Assembly: GCA_012840015.1 (NCBI GenBank)
Contig: DUMF01000012.1
Location: forward strand, 3,807-67,806
Origin: Bacillota bacterium
GTDB taxonomy: Bacteria > Bacillota > Sulfobacillia > DUMF01
Direction of reading: 5' to 3'
DNA length: 64,000 bases
The notes beneath the pieces are model-generated. The model saw only the letters and a program-made list of their open reading frames with translations, did no database searches and was not told the origin of the DNA. Of the stretch, positions 29,022 to 41,925 are shown piece by piece. Positions within the stretch are counted from its first letter, which is position 1, and each line of letters begins with the position of its first letter. Made by a program: the position numbers and the translations under genes.

Positions 29022-30044
29022 TTACTTCATTAACCCTTTCTCCTTGTAATACTTCTGGGCACCAGGGTGGAACGGGATAGCAATTCCCTCCAAAGCGGTC
29101 TCGAGCTTAATATTCTTGCCAAGAGCATGGCCCGCAGCTACTTCTGCAGCATTCTCGTAGAGGGTTTTGGTCAGCTTATAAACCAGTTCTTCATCGAGAT
29201 CGTTCCTTGCAAGCAGAATCGCCTTTAGCGTGACCGTCTTGGTATCAGTATCTTGCCCTTTGTACGAATTCGCAGGAATGACGAGCCTCGTGTAATACGG
29301 GTATTTCGCCCTGATTTTCTCTAGCATCGCGTCGTCGATATCCAGGAGTCGAATAGCGGCCACAGAGGTAATGTCCTGAAGCGCAGCATTAGGCACACCC
29401 AGCACTGCATAGCCTGCGTCGATTAGCCTATCCTTAAACTGGTCAGCAGTCTCGGAGAAAGAGATGTAGCGTGCATCGAAATCCTTCTTCTGCTTGTAAT
29501 CGAGTCCATAGACTCCAAGGATCTGCCTGGCGCTGACCTCAGTGCCGCTCCCAGGTGGCCCAACAGACACTTTCTTGCCTTTGAGATCGTTTATAGACTT
29601 TATGTTACTTTCTTTACGCACGAATATCTGCACGACTTCCGGGTATATCGCCCCTATGGCACTGTAGTTGGTGTATTTCTCGTTCTTTTCAGCGAAAACC
29701 TCAAGTCCATTCTGACCGTAATAGGCGATGTCGCTCATACAGAGCGCGATTTCGGCGTTTTTGCTGCCCAGCAGCCTGACGTTCTCCACTGAAGCTCCAG
29801 TGGCCTGTACCGTTACGTTCAATCCTGGTATCTTTTGGTTCCAAACTTGGGCCATAGCACCGCCCAGAGGATAATAGCTCCCCGATGTACCTCCAGTCGC
29901 AAAAAGCAGCTTGACCTCTTTCGGAGCAGGTTTCGTCTCTGCTTCCTTCTTCGTTTCGGGGGCCTTAGCGGGAGCCGCACAACCAGCCACAAGTAAGCAC
30001 AACGCCAGGAACACACTTATGAGCAAAGCGGTCCGCCTTTTCAT
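29022..30044 (-). CDS. TAXI-family TRAP transporter solute-binding lipoprotein
   Basis: Lipoprotein signal (LLVAGCAAP) and TAXI hallmark FATGGTSGSYYPLGGAMA. Confidence 0.85.
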   Translation of the reverse strand: MKRRTALLISVFLALCLLVAGCAAPAKAPETKKEAETKPAPKEVKLLFATGGTSGSYYPLGGAMAQVWNQKIPGLNVTVQATGASVENVRLLGSKNAEIALCMSDIAYYGQNGLEVFAEKNEKYTNYSAIGAIYPEVVQIFVRKESNIKSINDLKGKKVSVGPPGSGTEVSARQILGVYGLDYKQKKDFDARYISFSETADQFKDRLIDAGYAVLGVPNAALQDITSVAAIRLLDIDDAMLEKIRAKYPYYTRLVIPANSYKGQDTDTKTVTLKAILLARNDLDEELVYKLTKTLYENAAEVAAGHALGKNIKLETALEGIAIPFHPGAQKYYKEKGLMK

Positions 30045-30868
30045 TTAGAGTCCTCCCCTCTGTTCAATTTCAGGATCTCTCTCGCTTCCTTGACCGAGGC
30101 AACTTCACGGCCCAAAGCCTGCGCCATCTTGACCACCCGTTCCACGAGCATCGGGTTGGTAGCTAGCACCCCCTTTTCGTAGTAGATGTTATCCTCGATG
30201 CCTGTGCGTACGTTACCACCCATTGCCATGGCCATCATCGAGAGATTTGGATGTAAGGGACCTACTGAGGTGCACGTCCAGTATGCCCCAGCAGGTAAGC
30301 TCTCTACTAGGAAGAAGAGGTTTTTGAAGGAAGCGGGGATGGAGCCTGGAACTCCCATAACCAGATTGAAACGTAATGGTTCGCTCAGGAGCCCTTTCTT
30401 CTGCAGCGCCAGGGCGTTGGCTATCATTGCCGTGTCAAACACTTCTATTTCGGGAACCACGTTATACGCCTGCATCTGCTTACACAAGTACTCGATCAGA
30501 TCAGGTGCGTTTAAGTTCGCCATCGTCGGGAAATTCGATGATCCCGTAGTCAGGCTTGCCATCTCAGGAGCCAGGGTAATGCACTCGCCACGCTCCTCTG
30601 CGGTTCGTCCCGCCCTAGCACCCGTGGAGAGTTGAATGATTATATCGCACTTTTCCTTAATCCTATCCACGATTTCCTTGAAGACCTCTTTACGGTACGT
30701 AGGTCGGCCAGTTTCATCGCGGGCGTGGATATGCGCGACCGAAGCACCGGCTTTATAACACTCATACACGGACTCAGCTATCTCCGCCGGTGTAACCGGC
30801 ACATAAGGTGTTCGATCCTTTGTCGGGACGTTGCCTGTGGGTGCGATGGTAATGACCAACTTCTCCAC
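30041..30868 (-). CDS. BKACE-family (DUF849) beta-keto acid cleavage enzyme, 3-keto-5-aminohexanoate cleavage enzyme-like
   Basis: N-terminal ITIAPTG…, HIHARDE… and the rest of the TIM-barrel BKACE signature. 4-nt overlap with the TAXI gene. Confidence 0.75.
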   Translation of the reverse strand: MEKLVITIAPTGNVPTKDRTPYVPVTPAEIAESVYECYKAGASVAHIHARDETGRPTYRKEVFKEIVDRIKEKCDIIIQLSTGARAGRTAEERGECITLAPEMASLTTGSSNFPTMANLNAPDLIEYLCKQMQAYNVVPEIEVFDTAMIANALALQKKGLLSEPLRFNLVMGVPGSIPASFKNLFFLVESLPAGAYWTCTSVGPLHPNLSMMAMAMGGNVRTGIEDNIYYEKGVLATNPMLVERVVKMAQALGREVASVKEAREILKLNRGEDSK

Positions 30869-30883
30869 TGAGGTCCCCCCTTA

Positions 30884-32248
30884 TCAGCCCACTAGCTCGG
30901 CTGCTGTGTCTTTGAGCCCGGCTATTACGCCTTCCACAAGCTCATCAACCTCGCTCTTTCTAATGCAGAGAGGAGGCCCGATCAGGAACTGATCGCCGTT
31001 GACTCCGTCCGCGCAACCCTGGCCGGGATAAACTACAACGCCGTGTTTAATGCAAGCCTTCGTAGCCATCTCCGCCACGCCTTGTGACGCATCGAACGGT
31101 GCCTTCGTGGCTTTATCCTTGACCAGCTCTACGCCAATCATCAGGCCCAGTCCTCTCACGTCGCCGACGATCGGGTTGGATTCCAGGCCTTCGCTCAGAC
31201 GTTTCTTGAGGTAATCCCCCATAATTGCAGCATTTTGCACAAGCCCTTTTTCCATGAGGTAGTCGAATACCGCGCAGCCCGTGGCACAGGAAACAGGGTT
31301 CCCGCCGTAGGTGTGCCCATGAACGAACTTGCCTGAGCCCTTCTTGAATACATCCCAGATCTCGTCTTTTACGATTATGGCTCCGAGCGGAGTGTAGCCC
31401 GAACCGAGGCCCTTTGCACACGCGATAATATCCGGCACGACTCCCCAATGCTCAATCGCGAAGAACTTCCCGGTTCTGCCGATGCCACACATAACTTCAT
31501 CCGCGATGAACAGCACATCGTACCGATCGCATATTTCTCTAATTATCCTGTAATACTCTGGAGGAGGCACCAGGGCTCCTGCAGCAGCCCCGACGACCGT
31601 CTCGGCGATGAACGCCGCGATGTTTTCGGGCCCTTCCATCTTGATTGCATCTTCCAGAGCATATGCACACCTTAACTGGCATCCAGGATATGTCAGCCCG
31701 AATTCGCATCGATAACAGTAACAAGCAGGAATATGAGGGAAGCTGCAGAGAAGGGGCTGGTATTTCCTTCGCCGCGGAGCATGCCCGCTCATAGACAGAG
31801 CACCGATGGTGTTTCCGTGATAGCTGTGCCACCTTGCGATTATCTTGTACTTTTGGCTCTTCTTATCTCTCTCGAGGTAATACTGCCTCGCTAGCTTCAA
31901 TGCCGATTCGGTAGCTTCCGATCCGCCGGATATGAAATATACTTTCTTCAGCGATCCGGGCGCCTGTTCTGCAATCCTCCTGGCAAACCCGATTTGCGCT
32001 GGCGTGGTGAACCTCGAACCATGCGCGAAACCCAGCTGAGAAGCTTGCTCAGCCATGGCCTTTGCCACTTCGGCCACCCCGTGCCCTATATTGGCTACGA
32101 GCGCCCCCGCGCACCCATCCAGGTACCTGTTGCCATCTTTGTCCCACAGGTAAACGCCCTCGCCCCTAACGATCACGGGGTAAGTCTTCTTGACGTCTCT
32201 GTAGAACACGTTGGAATCGTTCAATTCCTCTTCATACAAACCAATCAC
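30884..32248 (-). CDS. class III (omega) aminotransferase, PLP-dependent
   Basis: …FISGGSEATESALKLAR… and …DEVMCGIGRTGK… (PLP-Lys region) of aminotransferase class III. Confidence 0.85.
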   Translation of the reverse strand: MIGLYEEELNDSNVFYRDVKKTYPVIVRGEGVYLWDKDGNRYLDGCAGALVANIGHGVAEVAKAMAEQASQLGFAHGSRFTTPAQIGFARRIAEQAPGSLKKVYFISGGSEATESALKLARQYYLERDKKSQKYKIIARWHSYHGNTIGALSMSGHAPRRRKYQPLLCSFPHIPACYCYRCEFGLTYPGCQLRCAYALEDAIKMEGPENIAAFIAETVVGAAAGALVPPPEYYRIIREICDRYDVLFIADEVMCGIGRTGKFFAIEHWGVVPDIIACAKGLGSGYTPLGAIIVKDEIWDVFKKGSGKFVHGHTYGGNPVSCATGCAVFDYLMEKGLVQNAAIMGDYLKKRLSEGLESNPIVGDVRGLGLMIGVELVKDKATKAPFDASQGVAEMATKACIKHGVVVYPGQGCADGVNGDQFLIGPPLCIRKSEVDELVEGVIAGLKDTAAELVG

Positions 32249-32255
32249 CCCCTGG

Positions 32256-33137
32256 TTATCGCTCCTTTGATTTGTCTGCTACGTAAATCCCATGCTCTTC
32301 CCATAGAGGCTCTAACTCTTCAAGTGCCTCAGCCGTCCCGGCCTCGTTTTCAGCCCCAACTCCAGCAATCAGGGCGTTGATAAGGCTCAACGGCGCGACG
32401 AAAGAGTCGTTGAAAGAAGGCATCCCGCTCTTAGCGATAAGCAAGATGTCACTGCAACTCGATAGCGGAGATAACACGCTATCAGTTATACCGATGGTAG
32501 TGGCTCCTCGTTTCTTGGCCAGAGTAAACAGATCCACGGTCAATCGAGTATAGCGCGGCACACTTATCGCGACCGCTACATCCGCTGGCTTTACGCACAT
32601 AATCTGCTCCAGGCCTTCTCCGGCGTTGTTGGAAATAATTGTGACGTTACGCAACACCCAGTTCAACGAATAGCCGAGAAAAAAAGCCATTGCCCAGGCA
32701 CTTCGTAAACCAATCACGAATACCCTGCGCGCCTTGCAGAGCGCCTTCACCGCTCGTTCGAAGTCGTCTAGTGAAAGCTCCGCAAGGGTGGCCTGTATAT
32801 ACTCGATATCGGCCCGCATCACGCTTTCCGGGATCGACTCTCCCTTTTCGATCCCTCTCTTACTGCCGCGCAGCCTTTCCACGGTGGTCAACCGGCCTTT
32901 GAGCATCTCCTGGATAGCCCTTTGCATCTCTGGGTAACCCGAGTAGCCGAGTGCCATCGCTGTCCTGACCACGCTGGACTCGCTCACACCTACTTCCTGT
33001 CCCAGGCGCGCCGCCGTTAAGAACGCCACAGTCTCAGGGCTTTTCACGATGAATTCGGCCACCTGTCTTTGTGCTTCGCTAAGCTCTTTGGCTGCCTCCG
33101 CAATTCGTTTCATGATATCTGTGTTTTCAAACGTCAA
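32256..33137 (-). CDS. MurR/RpiR-family transcriptional regulator (HTH_6 + SIS domain)
   Basis: N-terminal RpiR HTH (…LTAARLGQEVGVSESSVVR…) and C-terminal SIS sugar-isomerase-like domain. Start may be the internal Met at 33113. Confidence 0.8.
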   Translation of the reverse strand: MTFENTDIMKRIAEAAKELSEAQRQVAEFIVKSPETVAFLTAARLGQEVGVSESSVVRTAMALGYSGYPEMQRAIQEMLKGRLTTVERLRGSKRGIEKGESIPESVMRADIEYIQATLAELSLDDFERAVKALCKARRVFVIGLRSAWAMAFFLGYSLNWVLRNVTIISNNAGEGLEQIMCVKPADVAVAISVPRYTRLTVDLFTLAKKRGATTIGITDSVLSPLSSCSDILLIAKSGMPSFNDSFVAPLSLINALIAGVGAENEAGTAEALEELEPLWEEHGIYVADKSKER

Positions 33138-33284
33138 ATCATCGCCCCCAGTCCGCGGTTGGAACTAATCCTGCATCATCTCAATATAGTTGCAAGAACT
33201 TCTTCTTATTTGGCAGCATTAATTCGCTATTGCCGAGAGAATTCCTTCTGTTGGAGTGAGAAAAAGTTGGATTTGAGGAGGATT

Positions 33285-33815
33285 CTAGAAGAGGAGCCTA
33301 GCCAGCCAGACGGAAGCCGACCCCAGGAAAGCCCCGAAGATTACGTCGGACGGGTAATGCATTCCCACATACATCCGGGACACCCCGACTAGAGAGGCGA
33401 GCAGGGTGAAAAGCAGTGCGATACCGGGGAACGTCGCCGCGAAGCACGTGGCCACAGAAAAGGCCGCTGCAGTATGGCCCGAAGGGAAAGACAGGTCTCT
33501 TAACCTTGGGCCGCGTACGGCCACGTGAGAAAGTACCATGTAAGGTCGCTGTCTTTTCACAGTGGCTTTAAGTAGCCGCACTACGGCGTGACTGGAGGCC
33601 AGAGCTATGAGCCCCTGCAGGCCGGTCTGCCTGAGCTGTTCAATTCCCGTAGCCCAGGCGCCCAAGCAAACCGGTATGACCACAAACGGACTCCCCAGGC
33701 GGGTCGCTTCGCTGAAAGCCTTATCTAAGAACCCTACCCTACAACCTCTGTTGAACCAACGAAATAGAGCAGTATCTCCATTTGCTAGTCTATTCTTCAG
33801 CCCGGAAAGCCACAT
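33285..33815 (-). CDS. PAP2-family phosphatase (undecaprenyl-diphosphatase-like)
   Basis: PAP2 motifs KxxxxxxRP (KATVKRQRP), PSGH, SRMYVGMHYPSDV. Confidence 0.8.
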   Translation of the reverse strand: MWLSGLKNRLANGDTALFRWFNRGCRVGFLDKAFSEATRLGSPFVVIPVCLGAWATGIEQLRQTGLQGLIALASSHAVVRLLKATVKRQRPYMVLSHVAVRGPRLRDLSFPSGHTAAAFSVATCFAATFPGIALLFTLLASLVGVSRMYVGMHYPSDVIFGAFLGSASVWLARLLF

Positions 33816-33835
33816 CCAAAAAACACACCCCAGCG

Positions 33836-35260
33836 CTATGCCTTTAGAACACCGATCGGTCTTAGGCTGGCCACCTTTTGACAGATACCGGCATCACAGC
33901 AAATCTGCACAACCTGGTCGACGTCCTTATAAACTTGAGGGGCTTCCTCGGCAAGACCTGAAAGGCTGTGTGATCTCACCTCAATCCCCATCTGCTCGAG
34001 CGTCGTCTTCACTTGCTCTCCTCGAACCTGCTTCCTCGCCCCTGCCCTAGAGAGGGTTCTCCCCGCACCATGACAACACGACCCAAAACTCTCCTTCATA
34101 GCTGTTTGGGTCCCCTTCAACACCCAAGAGCGTCGCCCCATATCTCCAGGCACGAGCACCGGATGTGGTACTCCTGTGCCACTCCAAAACGCCCTCGTGG
34201 CCCCTTTTCTATGGACACATACTTTCTTGGGCTTTGAATCCAACACGTGCTCTTCTATCTTAGCTATATTATGAGCTATATCATAGATAACCCGCAATTG
34301 ATTGTACGTTAAGTTACTAAAAACTTTCATTAGACTCTGTCTCACGAGGTGAGTCAGCACCTGCCTGTTCGCCCACGCGAAGTTGGCAGCTGCTGCCATG
34401 GCTGCGTAGTAATCCTTCCCCTCGGGCGAATCCACGGGCACGCACGCCAGCTGTCGGTCTGGAACGAAAATGCCGTACCGCTCTATCGCGTCCACCATGA
34501 TCTCAATATGATCCGTACATACCTGATGACCCAGGCCCCTAGAGCCAGTGTGGACCATCACTGTCACCTGTCCCCGCCAGATCCCATATGCGGAAGCAGT
34601 CTCCTCGTCCAGTACCTCCTCGACAACGCTTACTTCCAAGAAATGGTTGCCGGACCCCAGCGTGCCCAATTCCTGGCTGCCCCTTTTTATGGCTTTTGCG
34701 CTTACCGCGTCTGCACAAGCGCCGTCCATACATCCGCCTTCCTCACAGCGCCGGAGGTCCTCCTCGAACCCATACCCTTTTTCGATTGCCCACCTTGCGC
34801 CAGTTTCCAGTACCGAACGGCTTTCCACTTTGTCCAGTTTTATAAAACCTTCAGAGCCGACTCCAGAGGGTATATCCCTAAAGAGCGTATCCATGAGCAC
34901 AGGCAGTCTCGGGCGTACTTCCTCGGCGAGAAGTGGAGTGGAGATTAACCTGACGCCGCAGTTGATGTCGTAACCTATTCCACCGGGGCAAATGACTCCC
35001 TCATCGAGGTCAAACGCAGCTACTCCTCCCACTGGGAAACCATAACCCCAATGTATGTCGGGCATGGCAAGAGAGCACTTCACGATGCCCGGGAGCGTAG
35101 CCACGTTAGCTACCTGTTCGAGCGCTTTGTCCTGTAACGCTTTCTCGAGCACCGATTCGTCCGCATAGACTATACCGGGTACTCTCATTCCGCTCTTAAA
35201 CCCCAACGGCAGCTCCCACTTGCATTCTCCGAGTCTTTTCAGCATCTGGCTCTCAGACAT
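33836..35260 (-). CDS. rtcB: RNA-splicing ligase RtcB (3'-phosphate/5'-hydroxy RNA ligase)
   Basis: RtcB family throughout (…MPDIHWGYGFPVGGV…GSGNHF…HNIA…). Confidence 0.9.
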   Translation of the reverse strand: MSESQMLKRLGECKWELPLGFKSGMRVPGIVYADESVLEKALQDKALEQVANVATLPGIVKCSLAMPDIHWGYGFPVGGVAAFDLDEGVICPGGIGYDINCGVRLISTPLLAEEVRPRLPVLMDTLFRDIPSGVGSEGFIKLDKVESRSVLETGARWAIEKGYGFEEDLRRCEEGGCMDGACADAVSAKAIKRGSQELGTLGSGNHFLEVSVVEEVLDEETASAYGIWRGQVTVMVHTGSRGLGHQVCTDHIEIMVDAIERYGIFVPDRQLACVPVDSPEGKDYYAAMAAAANFAWANRQVLTHLVRQSLMKVFSNLTYNQLRVIYDIAHNIAKIEEHVLDSKPKKVCVHRKGATRAFWSGTGVPHPVLVPGDMGRRSWVLKGTQTAMKESFGSCCHGAGRTLSRAGARKQVRGEQVKTTLEQMGIEVRSHSLSGLAEEAPQVYKDVDQVVQICCDAGICQKVASLRPIGVLKA

Positions 35261-35678
35261 CGATCACCATCTCCACCGTGTCCGGTTTCACGACTAGCCC
35301 CCCGTAACTCGCACCCTTTAGATAAGCCTTCAGACCGTGCCTAGCCGGATCGACGTGCTCGCCAGTAAGGACCACCTCACACTCCAGTGTCCCCGCGACC
35401 TCGCGTAACTTCACCTCGGCACCTCTAAAAACCAACTTCTCACTGTCCATCAAATAGATGAGCTCGTTACAAACGCGAACCACGAGGCGCCCGGGATCGG
35501 GAGCCCGGCAGAAGATCTTCCTCGTTTCCTTGACTTGAACGCTATCGATATCACACACAGTGTCGAGGATCCCCTCGACCAGGTTGAGGAGCGTATCCTG
35601 GAACGAGCTCCCCCGAGCCCTGACCATCAAATCCGAGCCACGATCTATCAGTTCGAACAGGTTATTCCTTTCTGTCAT
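35253..35678 (-). CDS. archease (RtcB activator)
   Basis: Archease-like N-terminus (…[23 protein letters not shown]…) and C-terminus (…[25 protein letters not shown]…). Start set at MTERNN, overlapping the gyrA stop by 17 nt. The longer track ORF is probably not used. Confidence 0.75.
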   Translation of the reverse strand: MTERNNLFELIDRGSDLMVRARGSSFQDTLLNLVEGILDTVCDIDSVQVKETRKIFCRAPDPGRLVVRVCNELIYLMDSEKLVFRGAEVKLREVAGTLECEVVLTGEHVDPARHGLKAYLKGASYGGLVVKPDTVEMVIDV

Positions 35679-38175
35679 CTGGGCTACTCTCGGCCTCGTC
35701 AGCGGCTTCCAGGCTCGGCTGACCGGTCTGTGTGGAGTACTGACCGTTTTCGGCGGCGATCTGCGCCATGGCGACAATGCTCTCTCCCTCTCCCAGCTTC
35801 ATCAGCTTGACGCCTTTGGCCGCTCTTCCCGTCACTCTTATATCTGATACCGAAAGTCTTATGACTGTCCCGTTGCTGGACATCAACAGCACGTCGTCGC
35901 CTTCGCTCACGCTCTTAAATCCGGTGACCCTATCACCTTCCGAGAGTTTCATGCCGATTATGCCCTTTCCGCCACGGGATTGTACCCGGTACTCCTCAAG
36001 GTGAGTGCGCTTGCCGAAGCCGCCGGCAGAGACGGACAAGACCTGTTGGCCGGATTCCACCAGATCCATAGCTACTAATTCGTCGCCCGGTTCCAGCCTG
36101 ATTCCTACTACTCCCATTGCAGCTCTGCCCATCGAACGTACATCACTTTCAATGAAACGGATAGCTATACCCCCCGCTGTAAACAGCATAACCTCCTGTC
36201 CTTCTCGTACGAGATGGACACCAACCACTTCGTCCCCCTGCTCCAAGTTAATGGCCACGATGCCACTCCGACGGATGCCCCGGAACTCTTCGATGGCCGT
36301 CTTTTTCACGATGCCTCGCCTTGTAGCGAAGAAAAGGAAGCTGTCTCCGGCGGCCTCCTCCGAGATGGGGATTACTGCCGCGATTTTCTCCCCGTGAGAG
36401 ATGTCGAGCAGGTTGATCAGTGCAGCCCCTTTCGCCTGACGCCCTGCTTCTGGGATTTCGTATACCTTAAGGCGGTAAACCCTACCACGGTTCGTAAAGA
36501 ATAGCAGGCTGTGGTGTGTAGTAGTGTATATCAAACTCTCTACCAGGTCTTCTTCGCGGGTGACCAGGCCGAGGATCCCTTTCCCGCCCCTTCTTTGGGC
36601 CCTGTACGTGCCTGCCGGAAGCCTCTTCACGTAGCCCATTCTCGTCACTGTCACGACTACTTCTTCATCGGGGATGAGGTCTATTTCCTCGATCTCCTCT
36701 TCTTTATCGACAATCTTCGTACGGCGTTCGTCCCCAAATTTCTTTTCTAGTTCCGAAAGCTCTTTCCTGATGATGTCATAAACCAGGCGCTCGTCCGCAA
36801 GCACTGCGCGGAGGTACTCTATTTCTTTGAGCAGTTCGGAATAGTCTTCTTCCACCTTCTGTCTTTCAAGGTTGGTCAGACGTTGCAGGCGCATGTCAAG
36901 GATAGCTACTGCTTGTTTTTCGCTTAATTCGAACTTGGTCATTAACCCCGCTTTCGCCTCAGGAACGTCCTTAGAAGCCCTAATGAGGTTGATTACCTCA
37001 TCGATGTGATCGAGAGCGATCCTGAGACCTTCTAATATGTGCGCCTTTTCTTCATCCTTAGCCAACTGGAACCGGGTACGTCGCGTTACGACCTCTTTCT
37101 GATGGCGGAGATACTCAGAAATCAATCCTCTTAGGTCCAACACCTGCGGCTTTCCATCTACGAGCGCCAGTAAAATGATCCCAAAGCTAGTCTGCATCGA
37201 GGTATGACGATAGAGCTGGTTCAGAACCACCTTGGGCTCGGCTTCTTTCTTCAGCTCAATAATGATCCTCATACCTCTTTTATCCGTCTCGTCCCTGAGG
37301 TCTGAGATTCCCTCAATGCGCTTTTCCTTCACCAGATCCGCAATTTCCGTAATCAGGCTCGACTTATTCACCTGATATGGGATCTCCGTCACGACGATGC
37401 GAGATTTACCGTGCGGCCCGTCCTCGATTTTTGCTACCGCTCTGACAGTGATGATACCGCGCCCCGTCGTATATGCCTTTAATAGTTCGTGCTGGCCCAT
37501 TACTAGCCCGCCCGTAGGGAAATCCGGCCCCTTTACCGCCTTCATCAATTCCAGCGAAGTCACTTGAGGGTTAACTATCATCATATCGATCGCCTTCACA
37601 ACCTCAGAAAGGTTGTGAGGAGGAATGTTAGTGGCCATACCTACCGCTATACCCGCAGAACCGTTGACCAGAAGATTTGGAAACCTGCTCGGGAGCACCA
37701 CGGGCTCCCTTAAACTTTCGTCGAAGTTCGGCATCCAGTCAACGGTATCCATGTCCAGGTCGCGAAGCATCTCAGTCGCCAAGCGGGACATTCTTACCTC
37801 GGTATACCTCATCGCAGCGGGCGCGTCGCCATCGATGGAACCAAAGTTGCCATGCCCATCTACCAGCGGATATCGCGTGCTGAAGTCCTGTGCCATCCTG
37901 ACCATTGCATCGTAGACGGCGGCGTCTCCATGAGGGTGGTACTTGCCCAGCACTTCTCCCACCACTCTGGCGGATTTCTTGTACGGCTTGTCAGGGGTCA
38001 TTCCCAGCTCGCCCATGGCATAAAGGATCCGTCGTTGAACTGGTTTGAGCCCGTCCCTTACGTCAGGCAAAGCTCGAGACACGATTACGCTCATCGCATA
38101 ATCGATGTACGACCGTTTCATTTCTTCTTCGATATCGACGGGAAGTACTTTGCTCACTGTATCACCCCGAGTCAC
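35662..38175 (-). CDS. gyrA: DNA gyrase subunit A
   Basis: [37 protein letters not shown]…; 837 aa with C-terminal beta-pinwheel repeats. Confidence 0.95.
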   Translation of the reverse strand: MTRGDTVSKVLPVDIEEEMKRSYIDYAMSVIVSRALPDVRDGLKPVQRRILYAMGELGMTPDKPYKKSARVVGEVLGKYHPHGDAAVYDAMVRMAQDFSTRYPLVDGHGNFGSIDGDAPAAMRYTEVRMSRLATEMLRDLDMDTVDWMPNFDESLREPVVLPSRFPNLLVNGSAGIAVGMATNIPPHNLSEVVKAIDMMIVNPQVTSLELMKAVKGPDFPTGGLVMGQHELLKAYTTGRGIITVRAVAKIEDGPHGKSRIVVTEIPYQVNKSSLITEIADLVKEKRIEGISDLRDETDKRGMRIIIELKKEAEPKVVLNQLYRHTSMQTSFGIILLALVDGKPQVLDLRGLISEYLRHQKEVVTRRTRFQLAKDEEKAHILEGLRIALDHIDEVINLIRASKDVPEAKAGLMTKFELSEKQAVAILDMRLQRLTNLERQKVEEDYSELLKEIEYLRAVLADERLVYDIIRKELSELEKKFGDERRTKIVDKEEEIEEIDLIPDEEVVVTVTRMGYVKRLPAGTYRAQRRGGKGILGLVTREEDLVESLIYTTTHHSLLFFTNRGRVYRLKVYEIPEAGRQAKGAALINLLDISHGEKIAAVIPISEEAAGDSFLFFATRRGIVKKTAIEEFRGIRRSGIVAINLEQGDEVVGVHLVREGQEVMLFTAGGIAIRFIESDVRSMGRAAMGVVGIRLEPGDELVAMDLVESGQQVLSVSAGGFGKRTHLEEYRVQSRGGKGIIGMKLSEGDRVTGFKSVSEGDDVLLMSSNGTVIRLSVSDIRVTGRAAKGVKLMKLGEGESIVAMAQIAAENGQYSTQTGQPSLEAADEAESSPDDRKE

Positions 38176-38176
38176 G

Positions 38177-40580
<2,404 letters not shown>

Positions 40581-41687
40581 CTACCGTGTAACAGGCAGCT
40601 TTCCTGAAGACTGTCTGAGCATCGTTCGTAAGCGGGTCCGTACTGGTAATCATAGACTGAATCTTGCCGCTGAGTACCTTTAGAAGCAAGCCTCTCCGGG
40701 TCTCGTCCAGTTCTGAGAATACATCGTCGAGGAGCAGCACCGGAGTATCTCCTGTCGCCTCGCTTATGAAATCCACTTCTGCGAGCTTGAGAGCCAATAC
40801 AGCAGTACGTTGCTGCCCTTGCGAGCCATAAGCACGAAGGTCTTTCCCGTCCAGTTCAAATCTCAGGTCGTCCCTATGCGGGCCGACGACGGATACCCTC
40901 CTCGCCAGCTCAACGCTTCTGGATTCCTTGATGGCGGCCTGAAGCTCGGCTTGTAGTCTGGTGATCCCACCCTGGCCGTCGCGCAGCAGCTCTTGCAGGT
41001 TTAGGTTAACCGAGGGGACATAGGCGATGTGAAACTTCTCTCTATCCCCAGTCATTTCTCCGACGTACCTGGAAGAGTTTTCTGCAAGAGCCTGAAGCGC
41101 CTTAAACCGAGCTGCCATCAATTGGCTTCCGGTGGAAGCCAATGCTTCGTCCCACGAATCGAGCAATTTGGAGTCGACCGACGAGCCATTGTGATCCTTC
41201 AAATATGCGTTCTTCTGTCCGAGAAGCCTGTAGTAGAGCAGGGCAAAGCGGTAATAGGCCTTGCTTACCTGCGAAATCTGTAGATCGATGTACTTCCGGC
41301 GCACGACGGGGGGCCCCTTGACGAGAGCAATTTCGTCGGGAGAAAAGAAAACCACTCTGAGGTTGCCGAGGAGCTCGTGAATTCTTTTCGAATTGACTCC
41401 GTTTATCTTGGACGACTTCCCCTCCTGGTTGACAGCCACCTCTATTTCGAGATCTCCCGCCTTGGCTTCTACGATTGCCTTCAAGTACATCCAGTCGGCT
41501 CCCCACCTGATCATTTCACCGTGTTTCATCGCTCTCAATGAACGGCCTGTCGCCAGGAGGTAGACAGCTTCAAGCAGATTGGTCTTCCCAGCAGCGTTGG
41601 GGCCCGAAAAGAAATTTATCCCGTCAGAAAGATTCAAGCTGAGCCTCTCGTAGTTTCTGAAGTTATCTAGCCTTAGCGATCTTATAT

Positions 41688-41918
41688 TCATTCGGTACCC
41701 GTCGCACCACGAACGACGAATTCCCCTTCATAGCCGTCAACAGTTACCCTGTCTCCGGGCAAGAGCTTTCTCCCCCGCCTCAGTTCACGCTCCCCATTAA
41801 CGTAGACCTGCCCTGATTGCACAATGTGTTTGGCCTCGCCACCAGAGCAGTGAAGAGCCAGTTTGACTAGGCTACCGAGGGTTATGAAGTTTCCTTTCAG
41901 CCTGATTTCTTTCTCCAT
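41688..41918 (-). CDS. yaaA: S4-domain RNA-binding protein YaaA
   Basis: 76-aa S4-domain protein between dnaN and recF, the conserved synteny. Confidence 0.85.
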   Translation of the reverse strand: MEKEIRLKGNFITLGSLVKLALHCSGGEAKHIVQSGQVYVNGERELRRGRKLLPGDRVTVDGYEGEFVVRGATGTE

Positions 41919-41925
41919 GTCAATG

